Assembly (NCBI GenBank): GCA_046538485.1
Contig: JBKHIT010000012.1
Span: 1-64,000 of the forward strand
Direction of reading: 5' to 3'
DNA length: 64,000 nucleotides
From: Candidatus Brocadiia bacterium
GTDB lineage: Bacteria > Planctomycetota > Brocadiia > SM23-32
The notes below the pieces were generated by a model that had not been told where the DNA came from, did no database searches, and saw only the letters and a program-made list of their open reading frames with translations. This document shows positions 53,084 to 62,508 of the stretch, piece by piece. Every line of letters starts with the position of its first letter. The first letter of the stretch is position 1. A program made the translations under genes and the position numbers.

Positions 53084-53827
53084 CTATGAGGCCGTTTGTC
53101 AAGACCAAAATCCATTCCATCTTGTGTTTGTCCTTTCTCGTTTACTATCTGAATTGTGATTACTGTTCTTATCAGCCGGGAGTCTCTGTGTTATCCTCCC
53201 GGACGATATCGCTCACCCCGCGTGCGCATGCACCAGAGATTCACGCAAAGCTTTCGGGCCATCCCTACGATCACTTTTTGCTTGCAGCCAGTATTACCCA
53301 CCAGCCTTGCGAACGTTTTGCTTGCAGCGTTCTCTAAACCTACCCACCGCCAGGCCGCATCCACAAGCATCGAGCGCAAGCTTTCCCTGCCGGCTTTGAT
53401 AAGACCCTCGTCTGTGTGCCTTTCCCCGCTGCTGGCAAAGCGCGGCACAAGACCGACCATAGTCGATACTTGCCTGTGCACCTCGAAACGCTCCGGCTGA
53501 TACAGTTCGAATCCGCACGGTCCCGCTTCGTAGACGGCTTTTTCGGCAGCCGCACCCAGCGGCTTGAGGCTGGCAACCAGAGCCCGCGGCGAACTTGGAC
53601 TCAGCCACTCGGCTACCTTTCGCCTGTCTCTCCACACAACGACATTGATATTTTTCTTGTGCACGTCCAATCCGACGTATACCCGATCGCCTAAACCGAT
53701 TACGATACGCTTGCCATTTCTGCGCAACACATTAGACTCAACCATTGGGCCGTTTCTCCTTGTGAGAAAAATGACTCTCAACATCACCACAAATCTTACA
53801 GGAGGGACGGCCTTCATATTAACTATG
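53084..53827 (-). mobile_element. IS110 family (IS1111-type) element, internally deleted
   Basis: Subterminal IRs TATGA(A)GGCCGT at 53085-53095 and 53807-53818; CTATG core at both ends; transposase remnant. Confidence 0.8.
53191..53745 (-). pseudogene. IS110 transposase with an in-frame internal deletion
   Basis: VYVGLDVHKK...YEAGPCGFELY fused directly to QPERF...GLVP..SSG...KAG...ARKL; 184 aa. Confidence 0.85.
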
Positions 53828-54797
53828 GAGCCCAAGGTGGCTTGTGCTAGAGCCATTTGGGTTGATTGGAACTATTAGCTGTGCAGCAGTTGGGAAGAGG
53901 GCAAAAAACTATTTCCCCAAAAACGTGCTCTCAGGGGCGCCCCCCCGTGGGGGATTCGATGGGACAGAGGTGCCTGCCATTTTAAATATCACTTGCACTG
54001 GCATACCCCTTTCAGGTAATCCACCGCGACTCGCGCCCCCCGTGGGGGATTCAATTTCCGGAAATATCAGTTTCACCGGCAGAGCTTACTAAGGACCCTG
54101 CAGCACCCCCGATGTAGTCTACCGCGAGTCGCGGTCGCCGCACTCGAAAGGCTCAACGGCAAACCCGAAAAAGGCACAGTGCTTTGTGTGTTTCCCCACG
54201 CAACGAACCGCTGAAGCGGTCCACTACGAGGACGTTTCAGTGATTTGTACGTTCCCGGAGTTAACGCAAGCCCCGGAACCAGCGTCAGGTTCGTAGTGAG
54301 TCTCTTCAGGGGCTATTGCGCACTCCGAAAGAGTGCCTCAGAGTGTAGCCCCGTGCTAAGGCGCCGTCAGCCGCCGGAGTTCGGGGTTCTGGGGCGAAAA
54401 TAGAACGCGTCCCGAAACGGTGGCACTGACAAATTAAAAGCGGCGCTATCGCGCGCGCACTCGAAAGCCAGCGCGACGCGCTGGCAGGGTACCACCATAC
54501 ATACGTTGATTTTTGTTGCGTACTGCGGCACGAGACACTTCCCGCAACCCAGGGATGCCGGGAGATCTGTGGGCTGATGAGCCGCGTTCTGAATCCAGCA
54601 TTCTGTTCCGGAGCTGATTCGCCTGTAAAGTGTTTTCTCCGTTTTCCGAAGGACAATTAAGGAATTTGCGCCCCGTTCAAGGGCAGAATCAGCCGGGATT
54701 TTCGTGGAATGCCCGGTTCTCGGGCAGAGAAAAGACCTACAGCGCAAATTCCTTGCTACATGCGTTTTCATGTCGTCCGCAGAATACCTCACTATTC

Positions 54798-57700
54798 TCA
54801 GCGCGTGACGGTAGCCGACTTCGATTTCGGCCCACTGCGGCGCAGTGGACTCACCGTTTGCACACGGTAAGTGTATCTCTGCCCCTTCCGGGCTGTTTTG
54901 TCCACATATTCCGCCACCACGCCGCCCCCGCCTGTGAAAATCCGCCCCGACATGTCGCCAATCTGCTTGTCCTCCCCATCCTGGACACGAAAAATCCGAT
55001 AACGAGCTACGTCGCAACCCATCCAGTCATCGAACGGCATTTCCCACGCCAGGCGCACACCTGCTTCGACTCTCTCGGATCTCAAATTCAGGACCCGCGG
55101 ACCGTCCGGCAGCGGCCCGGGACCTTCCCATTTCTGATCGGATCCGATGACGGCATAGATTTTGTACCACGCCGCCTCCAGTGTATCGCGGATGTGGTAG
55201 CCGTCGCCCTCTCTCACCAGTTCCACAGTCTCTCCGCTCGCCAGCTCCCGCACCCGCAAACCCTTTCGCTTATCCCGAATCAAAATGTCGATCTCGTTAG
55301 CTTTACCCTGGCTATAAGGTTCACGTCGATCATTCACAACGAAAATTATGGCATGTCCTCGGTATGTGTAAGGCCGCATGATCAAATCGTAACTACGAGT
55401 GCTGAAATACGGGCGGAATCCGGCTTTCTGGAAGGTCTTCTGAAACCTGCTGGCAATCCGCTGTATTCGTTTCGATCCTTTTTCGTCCTTCAACGGCTTT
55501 GGATTCCAGGTCGCTGCGTTCTGCAACGGTTCGGCGTTCGGAGGCGACTCGAAGTCATCCGGTACAAGAACCCCCCCACCCTTTCGATCCACTTTCTGTA
55601 TTTCCGCATAGATATCCCGCTCCACGTGGTTTCCTGTAAGCGCGACAAATCTGTAATCATTTATCCGCGCGAGCCGATCCTGTCGGTTGCGCAAGATATC
55701 AAATGGAATGTTCCCCACGATCAACCCCATCACAGCGTTCTCACCTCCGTAGATCCCGGACAGAAGCGCAACGCGCGGCTGCATCGGTTTCCAGTCCCGG
55801 AAAAGCTCGCCCCTTTCGCGTAGCAAACGTCCGGTGCTCCGGATAGCCGGTTCTTTCATGCGGCGTTTGCGACGCACGCGTTCGCGCAGCATGCGCAGGT
55901 TGGGTTCGGGAGTCGGAGGGAGAGCCGGCGGTTCGCCGGGTTTGCCCGGTCCCCCGGAAAGCGCGTCGAACATCTGCTCGAGGACAAGGCGGTTCAACTC
56001 CGCCAGATCCGTCTTTCCCAGCTGCCCCTGCTCTTTCCGTCTTTCAAGGAGCTCCCGAATCCGGGGGGACACTTTCACGATCTTCAAAAGCCGGGTGTCG
56101 CAGAAACCTCCCTTTTTCAACACCTCGTTGAGAGCACCGATGAGCGGTTTCTTGAGATCGCCGAGATCCGGGCCCGTATCTTCCTCTTCCAGCAAACCGC
56201 CGCCACCCCCTCCAGCAAAGAGCATCTCGTCCTCGATCTTGCTGCGGATTTTGCCGGGCAGAGCGTCCCACAGACGTTTGACGGGCATCTTTTTCCGGCG
56301 TCCGTGCAGCCGTTTCACGAAACTTTCCCACTGCCCCTTTTCAAAATGGTCAGAGCGGAACCACGGGAACCCTTCCGGCGTCGGTTCCCACTCTTTATCT
56401 CCGTAGGCCGGATTCTTCTCGCGTCCCGGTTCGAACGTGTTCACGCCCCAGTGGTAGAGCATATCCGCCCCCATGCAGATCGACAGCAGATTGGCTTCCA
56501 TCAACGTGTCGTGGTGAGCCCCGCGGATGAGCTGAGTGCTGTGGGCGCAGGGAGCCGGACGGCACATGGCCTGAAGGCGCGCGGTGGCAACGGCAATCCT
56601 TTTGGGTTCTTTTCCGATGTAAGTCCATGTCCCCCCGAACCCGTGGACGATTTTGATGGCCCAGATGGGGTCGACCCAGAATCGCGCATCGGGGATCCGC
56701 TCCAGAACAGCGTCCTCATAGGCCTTTCGAAGCCGGTAATCCCGGCCTTTCCGATGAGGGCGCGACCACCACGCGCCGAGTTTTGACCAATCGTCTTCGC
56801 CGCCCACCAGGATGCCGTCTTCCCGGGCGGCCGACATGATGGTTCGCACCGCAGCCGGCGGAACTTTCTCGCGTTTCGGCAATCCCCACGTCCTCTCCGA
56901 CCCGACCAGTAGAAGTTTAATCCGGTCGTGTTCGTCCAGTTGGCGATAGGCATCCACCGTTTCGACGAGACCACGCCCATAGTAACGGATCAGCTCGGGA
57001 TGCACGGGATTGTAATCGCCCTGGTTGCCTTTGCGTTTCTTACGCAGCGCGATTCCTTTTTGAACCAGTTCCTGCCACGACTGTTTGAGTCCGCTGAAAT
57101 CCCAGCCAAAACGGAGCGCAACGAGCATGTCACAACGGTCGAAAATGTCGAACAAATGACGCAGCCGTTTTGCTTTCTCTCCGTCCGGATTGGCATAAAT
57201 TGAGGCGCCGATATGGGAATGCGTGAAACCAAGATCCCGGTAATATCGCGCGTCGCGTCTGGCCTTCCCGAACCGGTGGCCATCCCACAGAATATACGGC
57301 ATGGCCGGGCGCGGGCGTTCTTTGTCCGGTTCAAGATCCGAGGGTATGTTCAGTTTGACCGTGCTTGAAGCCTTCCCGGCCAGGACCGCAGCCCGCCTCG
57401 CCAGAGCGACGTCGTCTGACTCTTTCCATTCTCCCAGCTTTTTGTCCAGGGCTTTGGCCGTCTGCGGACTTTCCTTGCGCAACTGCCGGGCGACCTTCCG
57501 CGCAAGAGGCAGAGGACACTGTTGCAAGAGAGGGAGAACCGTCTTGACCGGGGCCGATTCGACGAGGAATTTCGCGTACGGGGTGAACTGTCCGGCAAGC
57601 GCAGCATTTTTCTCAGCAATCAGTGCCCGGACAATTTCGTCGGGTCGTTTCTGGCAGACGGTTTTCCAGACTTTTCCGAGACGATCCATCCGTTCCGCAA

Positions 57701-58412
57701 GTTCATCGAGCCGGCGCCGGTTCGCGGCATATTCTTCGGGATGTTCCCGTTTCAGATAACTCAGGTTTCTGCTGAGATTCCCGGTCGTATCACGCAGATG
57801 GGCATTGATTTCGAGCAGCAATTCAGCGGAGACCAATTCCCCGCAGCGCGCGGCAGCGATGTATGCTTCATCACGCACATTTTTGTTCTCCGTTTCAGCG
57901 GCGACTTTTGTAAGGAAATCCGTGGTTTCGCCGTCTCCGAGGTTCCCCAGAGCCTCGATCACTTTTAGCTTGAGGCGGGAATTTTCGGTTTTCTCATAAA
58001 ACCGAATCAGTGTCTTCGGAGCGTCCGGATGTTGGGTCAGCCCGAGAAGGGCAATCGCATCGCGCTGGCGAGTGGGACTCTGCCCCTGGAGCATTTTTTT
58101 GGCCTGGGGGAAGATGCTTCGGTCGGCTACTTTTCTAAGGGCTTCAAAAAGATCCTCTTCCGCATCTCCTGGAAGATTTTCTGCCCGCACAAGCAGGTTC
58201 GCCATGACAGGTGCGAGCCGCGGATCCGGTTTTTCCAGATACGGACGGAGCTGACGCACCACTTTCTCCGGCGGTTCGGTCAACGCGCTGAATTTCAGCT
58301 CTTCCAGTCTCTGTTGCGTCAGCTTTTCCGCACTCAACAAAGCCGGACAGAACACCAGAACAAATGCGAGGCAGAACAGGGGAACGAAACGATGGGACCT
58401 GACTTCCGGCAT
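54798..58412 (-). CDS. Large exported protein: HEAT repeats, possible GH42-like hydrolase core, C-terminal FN3-like domain
   Basis: Signal peptide; AIALLG/IEALGNLG HEAT units; PRVALL...IPFDIL; VRLAW...YRIFR...YVD..YTYRV. Confidence 0.6.
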   Translation of the reverse strand: MPEVRSHRFVPLFCLAFVLVFCPALLSAEKLTQQRLEELKFSALTEPPEKVVRQLRPYLEKPDPRLAPVMANLLVRAENLPGDAEEDLFEALRKVADRSIFPQAKKMLQGQSPTRQRDAIALLGLTQHPDAPKTLIRFYEKTENSRLKLKVIEALGNLGDGETTDFLTKVAAETENKNVRDEAYIAAARCGELVSAELLLEINAHLRDTTGNLSRNLSYLKREHPEEYAANRRRLDELAERMDRLGKVWKTVCQKRPDEIVRALIAEKNAALAGQFTPYAKFLVESAPVKTVLPLLQQCPLPLARKVARQLRKESPQTAKALDKKLGEWKESDDVALARRAAVLAGKASSTVKLNIPSDLEPDKERPRPAMPYILWDGHRFGKARRDARYYRDLGFTHSHIGASIYANPDGEKAKRLRHLFDIFDRCDMLVALRFGWDFSGLKQSWQELVQKGIALRKKRKGNQGDYNPVHPELIRYYGRGLVETVDAYRQLDEHDRIKLLLVGSERTWGLPKREKVPPAAVRTIMSAAREDGILVGGEDDWSKLGAWWSRPHRKGRDYRLRKAYEDAVLERIPDARFWVDPIWAIKIVHGFGGTWTYIGKEPKRIAVATARLQAMCRPAPCAHSTQLIRGAHHDTLMEANLLSICMGADMLYHWGVNTFEPGREKNPAYGDKEWEPTPEGFPWFRSDHFEKGQWESFVKRLHGRRKKMPVKRLWDALPGKIRSKIEDEMLFAGGGGGGLLEEEDTGPDLGDLKKPLIGALNEVLKKGGFCDTRLLKIVKVSPRIRELLERRKEQGQLGKTDLAELNRLVLEQMFDALSGGPGKPGEPPALPPTPEPNLRMLRERVRRKRRMKEPAIRSTGRLLRERGELFRDWKPMQPRVALLSGIYGGENAVMGLIVGNIPFDILRNRQDRLARINDYRFVALTGNHVERDIYAEIQKVDRKGGGVLVPDDFESPPNAEPLQNAATWNPKPLKDEKGSKRIQRIASRFQKTFQKAGFRPYFSTRSYDLIMRPYTYRGHAIIFVVNDRREPYSQGKANEIDILIRDKRKGLRVRELASGETVELVREGDGYHIRDTLEAAWYKIYAVIGSDQKWEGPGPLPDGPRVLNLRSERVEAGVRLAWEMPFDDWMGCDVARYRIFRVQDGEDKQIGDMSGRIFTGGGGVVAEYVDKTARKGQRYTYRVQTVSPLRRSGPKSKSATVTR

Positions 58413-58578
58413 AACAAATAATCCTTTGAAGGTAAGTTCAGTGTGTTCCGGTCCGGTCCAAAAGAGGCCCGTCAGGGCCGATGCAGACTTAGCCCCGGCT
58501 GCGAACGCGCGTAGCGTTAGAGCCCGGGCAAAACGGGAGTACCAGGATGTGAATGGATCGCGTGAACTCCAGTCTACA

Positions 58579-58781
58579 GGTTGCACGGAGAAGGGACACA
58601 AGAAGCCAAGAGACGAAAGGGACTCCGTATTTCCTGTCGCGTTCCCTCACCGGACACATGAGCGGACTGGACTTCAGCCCCGCTCTGCGGGGTCTGGGGT
58701 TCAGAACGCGGCTCATCGACAATACTGGTCTCGCAGCAAAACGACGAACGACAGGTCCGCCTCGGCGATGCGGACCTACAG
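58579..58781 (+). repeat. Intergenic mosaic REP-like repeat, copy 4
   Basis: Shares modules with copies 1-3; ends in the GTAG-type hairpin aggtccgc-N9-gcggacctac. Confidence 0.75.
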
Positions 58782-58858
58782 TTCTCTGACAATCCTCTCC
58801 ATCTTATACGGTATTCGGCTGCCAAAGACCTCCCATCTTCGGTCCCCTTCACTCACCT

Positions 58859-60475
58859 CTACTCCGGCAGATTGACAGGCGCCACTTCCACCTGCGCAAG
58901 ATCGCCGACGGGACGGACGGATTCTGTTTTCTCGCTCACAAGGACAAACGATCCTCCCATTTCGACATCCATTGTAATCTTTTTGTACTCCGGCACCGTA
59001 ACCTCGACCCCCTTCTTGTCACCGAGCGGTGCGTGAGCATAAATCAGCCACTCGCGACTCGGTTTCTGCCCGATCCGGCGGGCGAGTGCCCAGATCGGCA
59101 TGGGTGTGGTGAGCTTCCATGGACGTTCGGGGTCGAGACTTGTCTCGAGCCGGAACCAGCGATTCTCCTCTTCATATTTTTCAAGCAAATCGGTGTTGAA
59201 CGGGTGATGCTGTTCCGTGTTTGGAACCAGATGCCCATGTCGCCAGAACCGCTTGAGAACCGGATCCACGTGGACCAGGTCGACGGCCCGGATGATCTCT
59301 TTCATATTGTGCCAGTAGCTTTCGTGCGGGCTGGTGGAACTCTCCCATTCCCGGGCCGCACGCGGCAGCAACAACCACATTCCGTACTGGACCCATCCGC
59401 GATAGCGCGCGGGACTCGTCGCATCGTAACCGTTTTTCTTGTACTGAGCGGCCTTGTCCTGCCCCCCATCCCAGTAAATCAGTTCAAACCAGAAGTCCGG
59501 GTTGACCGATAAAGCTTCCTTTTTCATGAATACATTATTCATAAACGACATCTGGCAACTCCAGAGGTTGAACATATTCTTTTTCGGTTCCCAATCGTTA
59601 TCGTAGTATGACCCCATTGCGCCTTCCCAGGCGTACCAACCCCAGGCAACGCGATCGGGCGAGGCGTTTGACCACCGCAGCCAGCCTCCGTCGCCGATGT
59701 CCGGCCGCCCGTAATGATCGGGGCCCGCTCCGCCGTAGGGCAGGATGATGCTGTTGGCTTTCCAGGCTTTCTTTTTGAGTCCCGCCCGCATGCCTCGGAA
59801 CATCGCTCGATAACGCCGAATCCAGCCGTTGGCAACGACCCGGCGTTTGAACATATCGCTTCGGCCTTTTCCGTAGAGATCGAGATATCGCCGGGATTTT
59901 TCGGCCTGATGCCATCGCAAATCAGGCGGTTCGTTATTGCTGACAAACAGAACCAGCGGTGGACGGGGATAATCCTCCTGGAGCTTGCTGATGCCGGGCG
60001 AGGTAACGAGCATGACTCCGAGATCTTCCCATGGTTGGACCGGACCGAACGGGCTGATCTTGCGTTTTGTCTGGCCGTCGGCGGTCAGCATGAGCGGACT
60101 TTCTTCCGGGGAGAGTTTCTTGAACTTTTCGCGTCGCCAGAACCGGGAGACCCATTGATTGCCGTGGATGATGGTCAGCGGCAACCGCCATTTTTTGACC
60201 TGTTCAAGCCCTTTGAATTCGCGCGCACCAGCTCGGGGCCATTCAATGAAAGGAAGAATATGGTGTCCCCGCCGGATCAACCCCACCTGAAACGCGAGCG
60301 AAAAATGATTGGCATGCCAGTGTCCGGCCAGAGGCAAAGGGCGTCCTTCCGGATCGAAATTGGGCCGGAGGGATTCCGTCCGGATTTCCCCCGTCGTCTC
60401 AGGATGGGCAGAAAGCACAGGGAAACACGCAAAGGCGACAGCACCGATTACGGCGATAAAAAACACTTTTTCCAT
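58859..60475 (-). CDS. Exported hypothetical protein (aromatic-rich, possible glycoside hydrolase)
   Basis: Long ORF with signal peptide; Trp/Tyr-rich; SNNE motif. Confidence 0.65.
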   Translation of the reverse strand: MEKVFFIAVIGAVAFACFPVLSAHPETTGEIRTESLRPNFDPEGRPLPLAGHWHANHFSLAFQVGLIRRGHHILPFIEWPRAGAREFKGLEQVKKWRLPLTIIHGNQWVSRFWRREKFKKLSPEESPLMLTADGQTKRKISPFGPVQPWEDLGVMLVTSPGISKLQEDYPRPPLVLFVSNNEPPDLRWHQAEKSRRYLDLYGKGRSDMFKRRVVANGWIRRYRAMFRGMRAGLKKKAWKANSIILPYGGAGPDHYGRPDIGDGGWLRWSNASPDRVAWGWYAWEGAMGSYYDNDWEPKKNMFNLWSCQMSFMNNVFMKKEALSVNPDFWFELIYWDGGQDKAAQYKKNGYDATSPARYRGWVQYGMWLLLPRAAREWESSTSPHESYWHNMKEIIRAVDLVHVDPVLKRFWRHGHLVPNTEQHHPFNTDLLEKYEEENRWFRLETSLDPERPWKLTTPMPIWALARRIGQKPSREWLIYAHAPLGDKKGVEVTVPEYKKITMDVEMGGSFVLVSEKTESVRPVGDLAQVEVAPVNLPE

Positions 60476-60519
60476 TTTCCGTATTCCCGTCAATGGGGCA
60501 GAGTTACAAATGAGATAAC

Positions 60520-61365
60520 TTACCGGGGCACAAGGTTTCTCATAGCAAAAGTTGTGGGCGAACCCCAGGGATGATAGTAATCAGGCATGTATTCCTTAGC
60601 ATCCGCATATCCAGCTCCGCCATCTGGATACAGCAAATTGGCACCGTGGTTGTGATGTACACCCGGAGCCCGTAAACCGTGAAGATTATATCCTCTTTCG
60701 AGTGTCACAGATCCAGCATCAACGTGGCTGCAGTGATCATCAACGAAAAGCGAACCATCAGCATTGCCGTTCGTGTGATGATTGCCATGCCATCCATCGT
60801 ATTCGAAACCGTCAATCAGCAGAAACCCGTCCGGATGGAAGTCCCCGAGCCGGTACCTTCCGTCTCCTGCCGAGGATTGGGTTACCGCATTAAGCGCGTT
60901 GATATAGTAATCCATCCTCTTGATCAGGGCCCCCTCTGCGTCGTATTTGTAACATGCGCCGCCGTCGAGATGGCAGTTAACCTTAAACGTCGTGCTGGGA
61001 CAGTCAAAGAGTGGTGCGTGGTTGGCTATCTGCCACGGACACCGGTTAATCCAGGCTCTCATTGATTGAGATGGATCGACCTTATCTGGAACGATATAGG
61101 GGGCGTAAAGCGTATACCACTGCCAGGAACAATAATCACGGGAACTGTTATATATTCGTTGAGCGGGCAACCATTCGTTGCTGTCGTTGCCATACATCTG
61201 GTATGCGAGAGAGATTTGTTTCAAATTGTTTAAACACACCGTGCGCCTTGCTGCTTCCCGCGCCCGCTCCAGCGCCGGCATGAGCATAGCGGCCAGAATG
61301 GCGATGATGGCTATGACAACCAGCAACTCGATCAAAGTAAACCCTCTGCGCTGTGAAGCATCCAT
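60520..61365 (-). CDS. DUF1559 prepilin-type N-terminal cleavage / H-X9-DG protein
   Basis: [53 protein letters not shown]. Confidence 0.93.
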   Translation of the reverse strand: MDASQRRGFTLIELLVVIAIIAILAAMLMPALERAREAARRTVCLNNLKQISLAYQMYGNDSNEWLPAQRIYNSSRDYCSWQWYTLYAPYIVPDKVDPSQSMRAWINRCPWQIANHAPLFDCPSTTFKVNCHLDGGACYKYDAEGALIKRMDYYINALNAVTQSSAGDGRYRLGDFHPDGFLLIDGFEYDGWHGNHHTNGNADGSLFVDDHCSHVDAGSVTLERGYNLHGLRAPGVHHNHGANLLYPDGGAGYADAKEYMPDYYHPWGSPTTFAMRNLVPR

Positions 61366-61532
61366 AACGTCCCTCCCAATTCATAAAACTTGAAGGTCAA
61401 TAATAACTATAACTTTCAAAAAACTATGGCGCGCGGCGGGGATGAAACAAATCTTTTTGAGCCTGCTCTTCCTTGGCCGTCGCTCCCCACGATTGTGGCC
61501 ACCAAACGGCTTCTTTGGCGAAAAAGCGAGAT

Positions 61533-62180
61533 TTACGGAGCCAGATCCGGGCTGAAAAGCCTCTTTTGAGCATCGACCTCATCCGAAGTAACGTCCGTCG
61601 TCCAGTAAACAAGCTCCTTTTTCATATATATCACGTGCCCATCGATAAAAGCTATGTTTCCGCCCTTCCGGTTCTTGTGACGTCGCGGACCTGGTTTGTT
61701 ATAGCTTGTGGGTGCCTTCCGACCAAAACGGTGCAACGCCTGGCCAGTGTCCTCGGTGCGACCATTATCACTGATAAGATGCGTGCCGCTTCCCACGGGC
61801 ACTTCATTGATCGTATTAAAGACTCGCAGCGGCTTGTAATACTGGGAATAATATGTATCTTCCCAGCTCCCGGTACCCTTCTGGCCGATTGCAGGATTTA
61901 GGCCGTAAAGGGCATTGTGACTGCTCACACCATGGCAACTCCCTTTGACTAATTTGTCCACCGAAGGACATAAAAAAGGATCGGGGTGGTCGTGAAACAT
62001 CAGAGTACAGACACACCAGCCCGAGGAATTGGGCTCCTTACCGTTGATATATGGCCACAGTCTCAACATCCACCCCGAACATTGACTCCAATTCCCTGCA
62101 CTAAGTTCCTGGGGGCGTGTAAACCATCCTTCATAATCGAGAGTATATTGAATCTCACCCAATGCAAGTTGCCTGATCAA
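61533..62180 (-). pseudogene. DUF1559 / H-X9-DG protein lacking its prepilin N-terminus
   Basis: Begins at IRQLALGEIQY; FLCPS; RH...GGNIAFIDGHV. Confidence 0.8.
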
Positions 62181-62409
62181 GGGTCATAGTCTCCGCCGGG
62201 ACTCAAGCCTTCTTCCCATTCGTAGTCCAGGAGAGGATCGAGGCAGAGCCGTTCCACTCGCCCGTCAGTGAACCACAATCCTACTCTCCCGCCGGGGTGG
62301 CGCCAGATATCAGTTCCTCCGTTCGTAAACCAAGCATCGCAGCCAGAATCGAGATAATCGCAATGACTACCAACAACTCAATGAGTGTGAAAGCCTTTTT
62401 CAGTTTCAT
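62177..62409 (-). pseudogene. DUF1559 gene with an internal deletion (N-terminus joined out of frame to C-terminus)
   Basis: [26 protein letters not shown], then in another frame WFTNGGTDIWRHPGGRVGLWFTDGRVE...DP*. Confidence 0.82.
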
Positions 62410-62444
62410 TCTCTTGTTCAAACACAAATATCCCTCATATTTTT

Positions 62445-62508
62445 AGTATACTCCTACGCAAAAAAAAAGCAATATTCTTTTGCGTCAGGTCCTTTTCGAT
62501 TTGCGACA
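62445..62508 (-). promoter_or_regulatory. Putative AraC/XylR-activated promoter of the DUF1559 operon
   Basis: TGTCGCAAATCG...GACGCAAAAGAATA (period 21 bp) abutting TTGCTT-N16-TATACT. Confidence 0.62.

Noticed and set aside
54630..55823. 397-aa plus-strand ORF
   Set aside because: Antisense shadow of the large HEAT/FN3 gene.
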